Program-made: the position numbers and the translations under genes
Shown: positions 25,349-38,492 of the stretch, piece after piece
Numbering within the stretch: position 1 is the stretch's first letter
How the letters are laid out: every line of letters begins with the position of its first letter
DNA from: Botryllus schlosseri
Lineage: Eukaryota
Assembly (NCBI GenBank): GCA_051294905.1
Contig: CM119372.1
Span: 38,380,001-38,444,000 of the forward strand
DNA: 64,000 nt
Reading direction: 5' to 3'
Notes under the pieces: generated by a model
Told to the model about the DNA's origin: nothing
The model's database searches: none
The model's input: only the letters and a program-made list of their open reading frames with translations

Positions 25349-26724
25349 GGGGAGACCGGGGACAAATGTAACTAGGGGCAAATGTAACAATCGACCTCAC
25401 CGCTAGTAGGATGGAGAAATCAGCTTGATATTTCAAGTGTGCATGCAGTAGTTATCTCTCCTATTATACCTGGAGTTACGTTGAGCTACTATGCGAAACC
25501 CCGGAATAATTTGCAAAAAACGAAATTTTTGACCCTTGAGTAAAGTTTTTCTGGTCTGGAATAATTTGTCTAGACGAATAGTACCTCAAGTAGTTACAAC
25601 GTAATATGTGTAGCTGGAACAATGTTACTATAGTCTACCGTGGTGATGGAAAGAATAGGACTTGCATCGCCGGGAAGGTACCATACTGAGACAATATTCA
25701 TGGTCGAGTGTGTCAGGGGCAATCGTAACACTCTGTTACTTTTGCCCCGTTACAATATGTTATCAATTCTGAATGTCTTTCTTCATATGTTGGTATTACT
25801 ATTCATCTACTGCAGAATAACCTTGCAACAGCCAGAAGTTCACCAGAACAGATACTGCCTTGCGATACCAATTCTAACCTTATCATCTGTCGAAACGGCC
25901 ATACAATAGTGGTGATGTGAATCTGACGGTTCGGTTATTTTCGTGATTCAACCACCCTTTCTCATATTGATCGACTTTTGGTGTGTCGAACTTCAATAGT
26001 CATGGCTTAATTCTCGTCCTCTGACTTTGATCATGGCCCACTTACATTTTGATATTTGATGTGAACAATTTATGTTAATTTTCTACAGCACAGATAAATG
26101 TCATTATAGCTTTGACGCCACACAATGTTGCGTCCTCGTTTTACTATACTATCATCGGCCTATTCAACCAAAATATGTTAGCCAGGTCGGTTTGGCACCT
26201 TCGCAGGTAACCGAATGACCAACCCATTATGCCCGCTCAACAGCAGAACCTTGGTAAAAGAGGCCGAATGTGTGTAGGGAGATGATGGAATGAATGTGTT
26301 TCTTGTACACTTTAAGCTTGAACAAGACACGAAGGGTGATATTGCATTCAGATGCCATAATTGCGACGGGGCGTAGCCTAGAAGCGTTCAAACGTCTCTT
26401 CCTTTAGTTTCATGCAATATTACAATTTGTGCTTCCGTTTTCGTTGTTCATTTAGTTTGTGTTTAGTTATAAGTAACACTGTTACAATTGCCCCGCAAGG
26501 GTGGTACAATTGCCCCTGGGTACGGGGCGATTGTAACATTTGAGCAGCGATTTTTGCGACCCAAAATTTCTATGATTGATTGTTGATTGAGTTCCAATTT
26601 CGTTTTCATATCAACTATCGAGTTGTTGGCTTCTTTATAAAAAACTTTGGAAGTGAAATTTCCACGAGAAAAGCACGTAATGTTGGAAAATACGAAAAGT
26701 GTTACAATTGTCCCCGGTCTCCCC
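25349..26724. mobile_element. Tc1/mariner-superfamily (pogo/Fot1-like) non-autonomous element
   Basis: TIR GGGGAGACCGGGGACAA(A/T)TGTAAC with TA on both sides. Removing it restores the Chapaev reading frame HFLSSHYYYFP. Confidence 0.88.
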
Positions 26725-26854
26725 TAATGAGAACTCAGAAAGTGCATTTTCACAAAACATGAGGGTTCCAAGGGATGGAAAGCTTTCAATCAGCTCTTTG
26801 ACATGTTCTTCGTAATCAGAGCTTCTATGTTTGAGACGGACTTTCAGCATTCCC

Positions 26855-27060
26855 GTGGCCACTCACTGGCCACGGATTTTTTTGTGGCCGGCCACAAATA
26901 TTCCGTGGCCGGCCATGAAAAGTGCTATTCCATGGCCGGCCACAGTGAATTTGATGGCCGGCCATGAAATTTCGCTGTGGCCGGCCACGAAACTTTCTTG
27001 GCCGGCCATGGAAAAGTCGATTTCATGGCCGGCCACAACGAATTTTCATAGCCGGCCGTA
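26855..27060. repeat. Array of ~8 palindromic GGCCGGCC motifs spaced ~21-27 bp apart
   Basis: Directly visible. Shorter arrays occur at 12265-12385 and 44150-44216. Confidence 0.85.
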
Positions 27061-28222
27061 ATATACCAACTCAATATTGAATATCAGTACTGTCCGTGCC
27101 CCAATCGTGGTCAAATGTATGATAAATTATGTTCTATTATGTGCGTACGGTCAATAAAACTAGGTGAGAGCGAGAGTTTAGCTCAGTTTATAAGCATTTT
27201 CGCCCGAAATACCAGAAGAATAGCGATATAGTGAAACGACAGGAAGAAGTCGAAACGATCAGGCAGAGTCTCTAAAATATCAATTAAAAACACACAAAAT
27301 GATGTAAAGAATGCATCAAAAATGGAGAGATCCGCTAAATGAATTAGGAAATAATGGTGCAGAAAGCTAGAAGCTATGAAGACAGTATCAAAACTGGTAA
27401 CCGGTAAGTGTTGATTTTTTTTGGTAAAAATATACCCGAATATTCGGCTGACACTCGTCACGGCTAATCGTAAGAAACTTTATATAATTAGAAAGAACAA
27501 TGTACACCAAATATATGACAGAAAATCTCTATAAGTTCCCCAAAAGCTGTGAAATTCACATGAAATTCTTTGGCCGGCCACAGAATAGATTGGAGCTCGC
27601 TGTGACCGGTGCTTTCCCCGTTCTGATATTGATTTTCTACGGAAAGATGTAAAATTGTGCATTGTACAGTTGCAATCGATTGTATAGTTCGTTATATTTT
27701 GTAAATATGCATGCCTGCGATTAAATAATAATGTCCTTCGTTTTTCAACCACGTTTATCGTTTAGGATCAGTCTGTGATGCAAAATTATACATATATATT
27801 TGATCATGTAGTTTAAGGGTGTAGGGGCAGTTTATAATCTTTCGTGAATTGCCCTGATGAATTTATGAATAGTACAATACTGTACTGGAAACTTGTCTTA
27901 ATTCACTGCAGATTTGTTCGATTTACGTTTAAGTTGACTCGAATATATCCCCTTGAATATCCTACATATGTATGTTCCATCGCGATACTTAATCGGTCAG
28001 TATGCGGTGATTTTTTCTGTTTTCTCGTTCTCAGTACTGAATATCGTAATCGCAGTACCCGAAAGAAACAAATAGGGAATCAAAGAACCAAGAATATGTG
28101 GAAAATACTCTTTAAGTCGCAGAAAAGCTGTGAAATCCACCGTACATTTTATGGCAGGCCACAGAGCAGCTCGCTGTGGCCGGTGCTTCCCCCGATCTGA
28201 TATCTCTTTTTAACGGTATACA

Positions 28223-28812
28223 TATAGAAATTAAACGTGGAACAGCAACGACCGATTTTGCAGCTTCGTTCCGCTTCGCTGAGGCTGGAATGGAGAATTG
28301 TTTTGCGTACGCGACTGTAGGATTTCTGGCAACCCGAAAGCTATCTTCCCGACCGCAGAAATTACTGAATCTGGTCTTGATCGAAAGCTACTGTTGCACC
28401 AATTCCGAAAATATAAATTAAAATATTGATCAGGCACTGATCCACCTAGAATCTGTCCTCCAAGTCTGAAATATCGACATTGTTTAGAACAATCGAGTAA
28501 CCGCAACACAATGGCCATAACAATGACCCGTTGCGACTCTTCGATTGTTCGAACAATGCCGATATTTCAGATTGGTGGACGGATTCTAGGTGGATCAGTG
28601 CCTGATCATTAGTTTAATTTATATTTTCGGAATCGGTGCAGCAGTAGCTTTCGATCAATACCAGATTTAATAATTTCTGCGCTCGGGAAGATAGCTTTTG
28701 GATTGCCAGAAATCCTACAGTCGCTTACGCAAAACGATTCCCCACTCCGGCTTCGGCGAAGTGGAACGAAGCTGCAAAATCGGTCGTTGCCGTTCCATGT
28801 TTAATTTCTATA
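28223..28812. repeat. Foldback (palindromic) MITE with ~285-bp arms
   Basis: 28223-28507 (TATAGAAATTAAACGTGGAAC...) is the reverse complement of 28530-28812, with a ~22-bp spacer. Confidence 0.9.
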
Positions 28813-28820
28813 GTATAGAG

Positions 28821-29677
28821 CAGTGGTTCTTAACCTTTTTCATATCGTTACCCTCAAGAAGAAAGTGACGGGACGCAATTACCCTTTTTCAAAAATTAAA
28901 AAATTACAGCTTGCACACTAATTGTATAACCGCATAAAGATTAACTCATAAAATGTATACTGAAATGTCTGATAGAAATAAAAAGTCAATGGGAAAGCTG
29001 GTGCTGTTTTTGTGTAATCCGGTAGTCAAATCTCATGTAATTGTCAATAGCAAACTTATTTCGTTTTGATAGATACTGTTGCAGAAAATTATACTTCACA
29101 GCAATAACTTAAAGGAATTCAATCAGAAAGTTCAATGTCATTATGACAAAGACTGGTAATTCATTTTGAAGGCAAACCAAAAAGGTTCCAAAATCTTCCC
29201 CTCGTTTTTTCGAAGGCATTTTGATCATTTCAGACTTAATTTCAATGACTAGACTAGACCACTACACTTTTTAATATTAACAATTATATTTCCACAATGC
29301 TGTTACTGCATTATATGGTAAAGCTAATCTTAGACGCCCCTTGTTGTCTTTCAATTCGCCAGCATGCGCAACAATATATGATCCGCACTACTGCAAAATA
29401 AATTGGACTTACCTAGCATTACACTAAACTACATTCGCCCCTGTTATTCATATTCACTATAATGGTTACTATGATATCACAGCAGGCATGGTGTGTTAGG
29501 TGCAACGAATACATACAAGCTCGCAAAAATATATGTTAGCCTACATTCATACTTGTGTTTGAAAATACTTCAGCGTTGTAAGTATATAAAAAAACACGTT
29601 AATTTGAATTACCCCCCCCCCCCAGAAATTGGTAAATTACCCCTTGGGGGTAATTACCCCCAGGTTAGGAACCACTG
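28821..29677. mobile_element. Non-autonomous hAT (Charlie-like) element
   Basis: TIR CAGTGGTTCTTAACC / GGTTAGGAACCACTG. Perfect TSD GTATAGAG. Confidence 0.9.
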
Positions 29678-31671
29678 GTATAGAGGATATATAGTTGCAA
29701 ACAATTCCATAGTTTGTTATCTTTCGTATAGCTGAATAGCAGGGAATTGGATAATGCCGGGCTGATACAATCCTTCCTTTCTGTATCAGGTCTATGAAAA
29801 GTCCACGATATACGGTTATATACATATTTGATAATCGTACTGCTACGCATACGACGTTCGCTATCCTCAACATCAATTGAGCTTGCTGCACTCATATTGT
29901 TGGACGATGATAATTGTGTCGACGAATCTATGAACTGCAATCTGCAACTGTACAAAAAGTCAACGATGTAGCCTAACCTACCGCCGGTACTAATGATAAA
30001 ATGTGGGGCTTTGTTCCCAGAAATTCGATTTTGGTAACGTTTCCGATCCCGTATAATTTGTATATATATATAGATATGCATCTAGGAGCCGTTTTTCCAG
30101 GTTGAAACAAATCATGTACGAATGAAATGGATGTCGCAGTCACTATCGATGGCGTGCATGCCAGAGGATTATGATTACTTGGGTGCAAGGATCGTTTTGC
30201 ATCGCATGTCGTTGTTAGATCAAGCTGCTAACCGATGTGGTGGGCATCCCAGCAAACACAAAACCGTAAAAGGATCATCCGGGATATCTCGATTAGGTTC
30301 TGATTTTCTAAGTGTCGAGGGAATGTCTAAAATACGTAGTAGGATGGTCTTGTGGTTATATTCAATCAGAATAAATTCATACTCGGTGTTGTTCCATCTC
30401 ATGCATTAGGCTTTGTTATATCCGGTAGTTAACCTAATAATGCAAATTTTCTATCTCTCGCTGGTATGACTAAAATACGTAGAAAGGATGACTTTGTCGG
30501 TACATTCAATCACGATGAATTCCCATCCGGTTTTGTTCGATCTCATGCAGTAGCTTCGTTCTACCATTAGAAAACAATGTTCTCCCTTCGTTTTATTGCG
30601 TGAGGATGTCACCGGTGTTGTATATTCGTGTTGTTGCTCTAAGGTCGAACAGTTTTGTTTTCTTCTGATATATATGATCTTCATTATATATATATTCGCT
30701 CTTTCGGTAATCTCGCATGTTCAACGAGTATGGCTAATAGTTTTATTCAGAGAATAACTAAATAAGTGAGATGTTGTACGTTTAGGAATATGATTATCGA
30801 TGCGTGACTTCTAGAATATTTCGGCGATTCAAATTTTACGTCATCGCGCGGGACAACGATTTGACGCGCAACAGGTCGCAGCCAGGCATAGTTCGCTCTT
30901 TCTGTATGGTAAATGCCGTAAATATATAGGAATTGTGACTGACTGAGGTAGCGGGTTAAAGCTATATACGGAGTAGCATATAGCTTATGGGGTATTTCGA
31001 ATTGCCTGTAGTATATGACGCCTTGAGCTGTTTGACTTTCTGCAAAACAGGTGTAGACAACTATAGAAAAGTTTCAGCTTTTCCAGGCTAGAATTAGAGC
31101 TAAACCGTTTTTTTTCCAAATTAGATTACAATTATATTACTGGCATTTCGCTCTAATTTAGTGAAATTAGACCACCATAATTATCTAGTTGTCCAAGTCG
31201 CTTCAAACATCTGAATTACCGGTATACCTATACATACGGTATATCATAATATTTATGCTTGAATTTTCTAGGTATATAAGTCATATAGATACATACCTGT
31301 AGAACACTGATTCGTGATTTTATAAAAGTTGGTGCAAGAATGGACATTTTCAACTTGATGTTGATTAATGGAGCAAAATCTGATATTTGAGTGCAATTAT
31401 ACCTCGAATCCAGTGACAAGATTATTAATCGTTGAAACCAAACGCAGCTTGTTTATGTTGGCCCAGAGAATTTGGCTAGCCAGACCATATTGATAGAATA
31501 TGGTCACAGTAAGATAATATTTTGGGCTAATTTACATGAACTTTCCAACATTTGATTTGATATGTCCGCTAAAACAGTTGTTATTCTGCTTTCGAATAAG
31601 ACCTAAATTGCTGATTTCAATGGTAACTGTGTTTGTCAAAGGCTGTAAAGGTAATTTCTTTTCCATGTTAG

Positions 31672-32784
31672 ATGTTTGTTTGTTTGTGGTGTTCATGGTG
31701 GTGGTTCGACTACACTGGCCATTTTACACCAGGCCGGTTCTTATTATTATCATTCCGTATCTGCCCGATTACCAGTGAACTCGGCACTTAGTGAATTCGG
31801 CCGCACAAACTCGGCACTTGGTGAATTCGGCCGTGGTAGATCTGGTAGCGGTACCGGTCGCCATGATTGGTTACTGGAATGTTTGCCGGTGAACTTGGCA
31901 CTTTGAGTGGTTGTCAATGTTGTACGGGGGTCAGGGTATGCGTAGATCACACAGTCACGGCATGATTAGATCACAGATTGCGTAATCGCGGGAAATAACG
32001 CGACGCTCTTCACTTGGTGAACTCGGCCCTTGGAGGAATTGGCACTAGAACACCTTCGCATTAGAAATGCATTTAATATGAATGAACAGTATCAAAAAGG
32101 AAATTTAAACGTGTCGTGGCTCGCGGTAGATCTCGTAATCTTGGGATCCTTCAACCCTGTTATCGAGACACCCTAACCCCAGAGTGGAATCGTCTCTCCA
32201 AAGGCAAAAAATAATTTATTTTGACGTGATCATGCGAAACATTTGTTGATGAGGAACACTGGCTTGTCGTGATCGATAAACGTAGAAGCGCCGCTTGATC
32301 TTCCACATTTTCGATCTCACATACAACGCCAAGATCCATCTTCTCAAAACTTACACGACACAGGCCCGTCACTCACGCCATCGATTCCAAGCAGACCGCG
32401 CGTGGTCGGTATATGAGCGCTGCGTTATTTCCCGCGGCTACGCAATCCGTGATCTAATCACGCCGTGACTGCGTGATCTACGGATGCCCTGACCTCCTTA
32501 CAAGATTGACGAATCACTTGATACTACTATCATTAGTTTATTAATTCATATTAATAGCTGTTAATACACTTCATTACAAAATTTCACGAGGGCCGAATTC
32601 ACCAATTGCCGAGTTCATCGGCAACCATCTGCCCACTTATAGCACGGCCCACTCCTAGGCTTTTTAAGACATGGCTATGCGGATCAGATGGCGAGGTGGA
32701 GCCTAGATAAACGGCCAACACTTCGGTAGGAATTATGGAGGCGAGGTGTCAGGCTCGAACCCGCAATTCATTGGTGTTTAGCTA
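31672..32784 (-). mobile_element. tRNA-derived SINE split by an insertion
   Basis: 31672-31766 plus 32627-32784 align to the SINE at 54825-55111. B-box-like GGGTTCGAGCC on the minus strand. Confidence 0.7.
31767..32626. mobile_element. TIR element with 8-bp TSD (Mutator- or Merlin-like MITE)
   Basis: ~35-bp imperfect TIR G(A/G)TT(A/G)CC..TGAACTCGGCA.TT.GTGAATTCGGCC. Perfect TSD ATCTGCCC. A second internal inverted repeat lies at ~31925-32005 / 32417-32500. Confidence 0.8.
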
Positions 32785-32866
32785 TAATGGACCGTAAAAT
32801 GGCACCGTAGCATTTGACATTTCGTGTGGCAATTGACTTTTGTGTGGAAAATTGTGTTCGTTTCAG

Positions 32867-34020
32867 AACTTATCCGAAACTTTTATTCCGTCATAGATTG
32901 TATATGATAAAACGATATCGTAATTGATCCTAGAAGAATTCCAAAGCCACTCACCACAAAGGAGGATTTAAAGAAGTTTGATGACATATTGAATGAAAGC
33001 AAAAGCCTTTGCAAGAGATGTGGTATGTTGAATCTGTTTTGTTATTTTCAAATGCTTGCCGATAGCAGACGGTATATATAAACGTAAGATGTGGAAGCTA
33101 TCAAGGTGTTATGTTTATTATTTTTAGAAATTCAGTCAGTCAAAGTGGACGATCGTATTGCTTGGATTATATTTAGGCTTATTTTAGCATCTTTGAGATG
33201 CAACTCTGAACGTGGACGGTCATGAACAGTCAACTAATTCTGTTCCTATATTGACATATCAGACATTTGCACTCGTACCGTTGGCGGCGACAATATTGGT
33301 CAGTCAGCAAAAAGCATCATGAAGAAGGTTGCCAGTCTGGTGAAATTATAGCAGAGTCGGAAAGAATGGGAAATACGCTTTCATCAACCTCCATTTGAAC
33401 AAGATCACATAGTAAGAGACATTCATGATATGCTGCAAATGTCACTGTGTTCTTTGTCTAGTCACCCCACTCATGTAACTATTGAGGCTTCATGCCAGGG
33501 TTGTAACCAAGTCACAAGGCTCCGAGTCGCAAGTCAATCTCACTTTTATAGTTTTGACTCGAGTCATTTTCAATTCACCACCGAGTCAAGTCCGAGTCCA
33601 AGTCAGCGAGCAGAGGGCCGAGTTCGAGTTATGGTATTATGACTCGAGCCAGAGTCATTGTGTTAGCTGCTCAGTTTCCAATTTAAGTCTTGTTAAACCA
33701 ACTTTTTATATATTTTTTGTGATATCGAGTGGGTCGCATTTATAATATACGAATTTTCCTTACTTTTAGCAGTTTCTGGCCGCATTTTCAAATACCAGTA
33801 TCAATAGACGAAATCCCAATAGCGATTTGCTGTACTATTCTTTGAAATAATAATGAAATGTCGGTCTTAGCCGTCTGAGTCTCAAGTCATGCGCAATGAG
33901 TCGAGTCATTTCAGTACTTTGAGAAGATGACCTGAGTCAAGTCGAGTCAACAGAAAAACCTGACTCGAGTCTTACAACCCTGCTTCATGCAATGAGCATT
34001 TACTCTGAAGATAAATAGTA
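32867..34020 (+). pseudogene. Spliced, degraded DUF4806-like accessory gene
   Basis: Segments RIPKPLTTKEDLKKFDDILNES (ending at GTATG) and RTVGGDNIGQSAKSIMKKVA..NYSRVGKNGKYAFINLHLNKI (ending at GTAAG) resemble the DUF4806 pattern. Frameshifted and interrupted by a MITE. Confidence 0.5.
33496..33982 (+). mobile_element. hAT MITE of the GACTCGAGTC family
   Basis: TIR CAGGGTTGTAA / TTACAACCCTG. Perfect TSD CTTCATGC. Confidence 0.9.
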
Positions 34021-35699
34021 ATTATATAACTGGTTGGTGGTACAAAATTTTAATACCGCTTTCAAAAGTACCTTCATGATAAACGTTATTGAAACCCGAA
34101 GAACTTTTTGCGTGCCTATTAAAGAGCTACCGGCACCATAAAGGAAGCAAAACAGAGTTGAATTCAAAACTAGATGGAGAATTATGAAGCATTAATGCCG
34201 AATTTAGAAATAACATCAATGGAGCCAGAACACAGCAACAATGCAGTGCATAACAACGGTTGCGTAAAACAGTATGAAAGCGTGACACAATTCTTTAATT
34301 ATTTATTATAGTGGTGCCCAACGTAAATACTATTTTATTAAAATCCGAATTTTTCGATGGCAATAACTCCGCTTCCACTTGTTTGAATCGAACCAAATTT
34401 GATGAACATCGTTTCTATACATAACCTAACACTTTCATGGGGTGAACAGAAAATTTTCAAATTTTTTCTATTTATTTTTATATAATAAATAGAAACTTTC
34501 TTTTCCTGTAGCAATGCGGCTACTGGTTGGAATTGAACCAAATTTGGTGTGTAGGCTTGAATTAGGTAACCTAACAATTTTATCAAGTAGCAAGAACGAT
34601 TTGAGAAAAAAAAGTCATTTTTTAAGAGCCCTAATGTCCATGTCAGAGAAACGTTTTAGGGTAGGCCTACTGACATGTCTCGCAGCGTTCTCTACATAAT
34701 TGTCAATTGCGATACAAACTGTTCGCTTGTATTGGTTAAGCCATCCAACTTCGAATTGTAAAATGTTGGGAGTCTTGATATCAAATTTTTGAAAGGTGCA
34801 CTTTGAGAAGATTTCGGAATCTGTCAAATTATACAAAAAAATTTAGCAAATTCTTTGACATATTTCATCCATTTGGGACTCGATCAACGTAAAAGAATTA
34901 GTAATTATTTTATACAATATATTGTATTTGTAGTTGAAGTATAGTAATAATTCTTATGGCTACCGCCAGTGGTGGCTTTATGATTGGGGGGGCCCTAGGC
35001 GAAACCTCCGGGGGGGGGGGGGGGGGCCCATATCCAAGTAATTGTAGCTTCTGGGGGGCTGCGCCCCCCAGACCCCCCGCGACAAACGTCAGATTGCTAA
35101 GTATCCATTTCGCAGGGGGTTTGTAAGTGCCGAGCCAGATGCTGGATTAGGCCTATGATCTATTTATTATCTGGAAAGGAGATATTGTTGCATGAATTGG
35201 CGTAAAGAAGAAATGCGTGACAATGCGACAAAACACCAGTAATACCAAGGGAACACATAACTACTGATAGCATCTTCAAAGACCTAGTTAGGGTTTGTTT
35301 CAACGTTTCACATGGACAAATGTCTTCAGGGGCGCTGATTGCATGATGTGCAAGAAGTTGACATATTGTGTTAAATTTGAAAAATAACACGAAGACTGAT
35401 GTGTGCATCACAAATATGTACCAAACATATGCCAAAGCATTACACATAACTCAAGTTGATAAGTTCGTTAAATAACAATGAACATCCCCTTCAGAAAAAT
35501 AAACTAAACACATTGGAATATTAATCTTAGGTGCACACGATTTTACGTAACTTTGCAAAGAGACGATCAAAGTATTCAATACCAATATAATCATGCAAAA
35601 AATGTGGTATAACAAGGCATAGAAATATAACCAGAAAAAGTGTGGTTACAAACAAGACGTTAAAACAGCAGTAATCTTCAAATGGTCCGATTTACCTTA

Positions 35700-38492
35700 T
35701 TACTTTATTAAGAAACAGCATTTTCTAGCTTTTTGCTTCGCAAACTCGTCAATTAGTAAGTTGTGATCAAGGCCATAATTTATTTCACTTTCTATACACA
35801 TCAGTGCCAATCCATTTAGACGCTCTTGGCTCATTCGAGATCGCAGAAAAGTCCTAATTAATTTCAATTTCGAGAATGAGCGTTCACCACTTGCCACAGA
35901 CACTGGTATGGTCAGAACTATTCGCAGAGCTCCAGACAGATAATGGTAGTCAGAAAGCATCCCGCCTTTGGCTAGATACCGCAACGCATCTAGAGCTGTT
36001 ACACCAGGACCTTTATTAGGAATACTAATAAAGGACTCGATTTCTCCCAACAAGACACCTGCATCAATGTCCTCACCAAGAAACTGCTCGATCTTATCAC
36101 ATGCCTCAGCTAAAACTTCACGACTTATTTTATCAGGCTTGAGTGTCATGATATTTAGTAATGTACTGAAGTTTGAGTAAAATTTACCCAATTGACTGAA
36201 TCTTTCTTCCATGGATAGAATGAAAGTGTCCACCATCACATTGAATACATCAACTTCATATTTCTTCTGAGCTGAGAGTATTTCCTCATTGTCAACGGCC
36301 TCATCAAAAAATCCAATTCGGCTTCTTTGCCTCGAGTGCTGAAATGAAGTTTGTATCTCCACTCCATCAACCACCATGCCTCTGACTAACTGATCTGCCT
36401 CATCCAGAGATTGCTGGAAGCCATCAAGACGAAAACGTCTGATCCAAGTAAGGAGACCAGAAATCATACTTTGCATGATGTCTACCTGGATGGACTGCTT
36501 TTGTAAATGCTGAGAGACAACATGAACTTGAAATAGCACCTTGTACCAGATAACAGAGCTAAGAATGAATTCATAGGAACAAACTTCTTTCAAAATCCCA
36601 GTTATATCAGCAGCACTTTTCCCATCACCTACAACCTGGGAACTCTGCAAAACCATTAGAAGTGAATTAATCACTCCATCCAAATGAAATCTCACCACTT
36701 CTACAGACCGAATTTTACTCTCCCAACGAGTGTCGCTGGGATACTTCACAACTTTACTGCAATTTTCTTGCAGAATGTTCCATCGTTTGGTAGAGGATGA
36801 AAATGCCGAATACAGTTTTTGGAGAAAACCAAAGTAAACATAGAATCTTGTACAACATTTTGCAGCATCACAGAGAACCAGATTCAAGGAATGAGATCCA
36901 CAGGGCATGAAAAATGCATGTTCATTCAAATCCAAAATTTTCTTTTGTACACCAGCATTCCGGCCAGCCATGTTCGCACCATTATCATACCCCTGACCTC
37001 TACAATTCGCAATATCCAAACCAAGCTCTTCCAGTCGATCAAGCAAAGCCTTAGTGAGACCCAACGAGGTAGTTTCTTTAACATTAAGAAAGCCAGTGAA
37101 ATGCTCTCTTACAGAAACATCCCCTTCAGTATCCACATATCGAACTACAAGCGTCATTTGTTCTTCATGGCTGCAATCAGGAGTACAATCAAGAATGACA
37201 CTGAAGTATGTGCATCTACGAACATCATAAGTTATTTGATCAAGAATATTTTTTCCCACCAAGGAAATCAACTCATTTTGAATATTTTTACCTAAATAAT
37301 TATCGGGTAACTGTTGATTCTTTACTTTCTGAGTATGCTCTGCAAGAACTGGATCAAACTTGGCTAGAAGTTCAACAAGGCCTAGAAATTGACCTTGATG
37401 TGGATCCTCTAGCCGTTCATGTCCAGCAGTACCTCGTAACGCACAGTGATTTCTTGCTAAGTACTGGATGATTGCAAGCAAGCGTTTAAGAATAGACCTC
37501 CAGTATTCAACAAGTTCACTGTGCTTACTTTGGATATTCTTCTGTAAAACTGTTGGATTTTTGAGAGCTGCACTATTTTCCGAAAACAAGTGAAGTGCTT
37601 TGAAATGATCTCTAGAAACTTCATGTTCGCTCAATATTTTACCAAGATTTTTCCAGTCGCTGCAACCATCATGGACTAGGCTACTTTCACCACAGGAGAA
37701 TAATTTACAGTGGAAGCAATACACTGAATCGGTCGACTTCGAGTATACTAACCAAGAACGCTTCTGTAGTTTCTGATTTTTCAGCTTCCTCTGAAAATGA
37801 GTCACAGAGAACTTTCTGTCTTTAGTGACAGGAAACACAACACAACTCAAATCATCTTGAACTGGCCCCCTCAAAACAACTTCATTCTTCTCTGATGTAC
37901 TTAGTCTATATGGCCATACTCCAATATCATCCAATTTTCCTACTACCTCTTTGGTAATGGTAATAGAATGAACAGCAGTAGAAGAGTGATCTGATACAGA
38001 TTCAAATCTGGGCCGAGACTGAGTAGAACAGCAGCCTTGAGATTCCATCAGTACAGCACCTGGTTTGCCAGAAGAAGCATTTCTGACTGGTCCTTCAGCG
38101 GTACCTGTACTACTAAAGCTTGGCTGTTGTGAGATGTTTGCTGAATTAACTACAGTATTTTCAGTAATTTCACAGTTTTTGCTCACAATACCAACAGGCT
38201 CACCTCCCACGGAATCACTACACTTTGGCTGCGCTGTGGTAACTGATAATTCTCCGGTACAATGATCTCTTGAGCTCTCTCCTTCGACTACAACAGGGAG
38301 TTCCTCATCTGGCATTATCATTGATGAAAAAGCAGCACCATCCTCAATTTGTTCAGAACATTCCTGAGCTGACATAGATGGCTTGAAATATTTGTGTAGC
38401 AGTCCAAAATTTGCATCGTCACTTTCTTTCCGAATCTGAACCAACTTCCTTTTCTGAGATCCCGACTTACATTTAGCATGTACTCGCGGCAT
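35700..38492 (-). CDS. hAT transposase, 930 aa (TTF-type zinc finger, DUF4371, hAT dimerisation domain; often annotated ZMYM1-like)
   Basis: WLVYSKSTDSVYCFHCKLF..H..H zinc finger; ILDCTPD; GQGYDNG; CGSHSLNL (CxxH); DTRWES; SVASGERSFSKLKLIRTFLRSRMSQERL. Uninterrupted single ORF. Confidence 0.95.
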   Translation of the reverse strand: MPRVHAKCKSGSQKRKLVQIRKESDDANFGLLHKYFKPSMSAQECSEQIEDGAAFSSMIMPDEELPVVVEGESSRDHCTGELSVTTAQPKCSDSVGGEPVGIVSKNCEITENTVVNSANISQQPSFSSTGTAEGPVRNASSGKPGAVLMESQGCCSTQSRPRFESVSDHSSTAVHSITITKEVVGKLDDIGVWPYRLSTSEKNEVVLRGPVQDDLSCVVFPVTKDRKFSVTHFQRKLKNQKLQKRSWLVYSKSTDSVYCFHCKLFSCGESSLVHDGCSDWKNLGKILSEHEVSRDHFKALHLFSENSAALKNPTVLQKNIQSKHSELVEYWRSILKRLLAIIQYLARNHCALRGTAGHERLEDPHQGQFLGLVELLAKFDPVLAEHTQKVKNQQLPDNYLGKNIQNELISLVGKNILDQITYDVRRCTYFSVILDCTPDCSHEEQMTLVVRYVDTEGDVSVREHFTGFLNVKETTSLGLTKALLDRLEELGLDIANCRGQGYDNGANMAGRNAGVQKKILDLNEHAFFMPCGSHSLNLVLCDAAKCCTRFYVYFGFLQKLYSAFSSSTKRWNILQENCSKVVKYPSDTRWESKIRSVEVVRFHLDGVINSLLMVLQSSQVVGDGKSAADITGILKEVCSYEFILSSVIWYKVLFQVHVVSQHLQKQSIQVDIMQSMISGLLTWIRRFRLDGFQQSLDEADQLVRGMVVDGVEIQTSFQHSRQRSRIGFFDEAVDNEEILSAQKKYEVDVFNVMVDTFILSMEERFSQLGKFYSNFSTLLNIMTLKPDKISREVLAEACDKIEQFLGEDIDAGVLLGEIESFISIPNKGPGVTALDALRYLAKGGMLSDYHYLSGALRIVLTIPVSVASGERSFSKLKLIRTFLRSRMSQERLNGLALMCIESEINYGLDHNLLIDEFAKQKARKCCFLIK

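Noticed and set aside
26855..27060. Regularly spaced repeats resembling a CRISPR array
   Set aside because: The repeat is only 8-10 bp with ~12-17-bp gaps, there are no cas genes, the context is eukaryotic, and it is subterminal to a TE.
35968..38265. Plus-strand ORFs of 66-158 aa
   Set aside because: They are antisense shadows of the transposase ORF.
35700..38492. Domesticated host gene ZMYM1
   Set aside because: It is flanked by TIRs and a TSD and has no MYM zinc fingers; it is a transposase.
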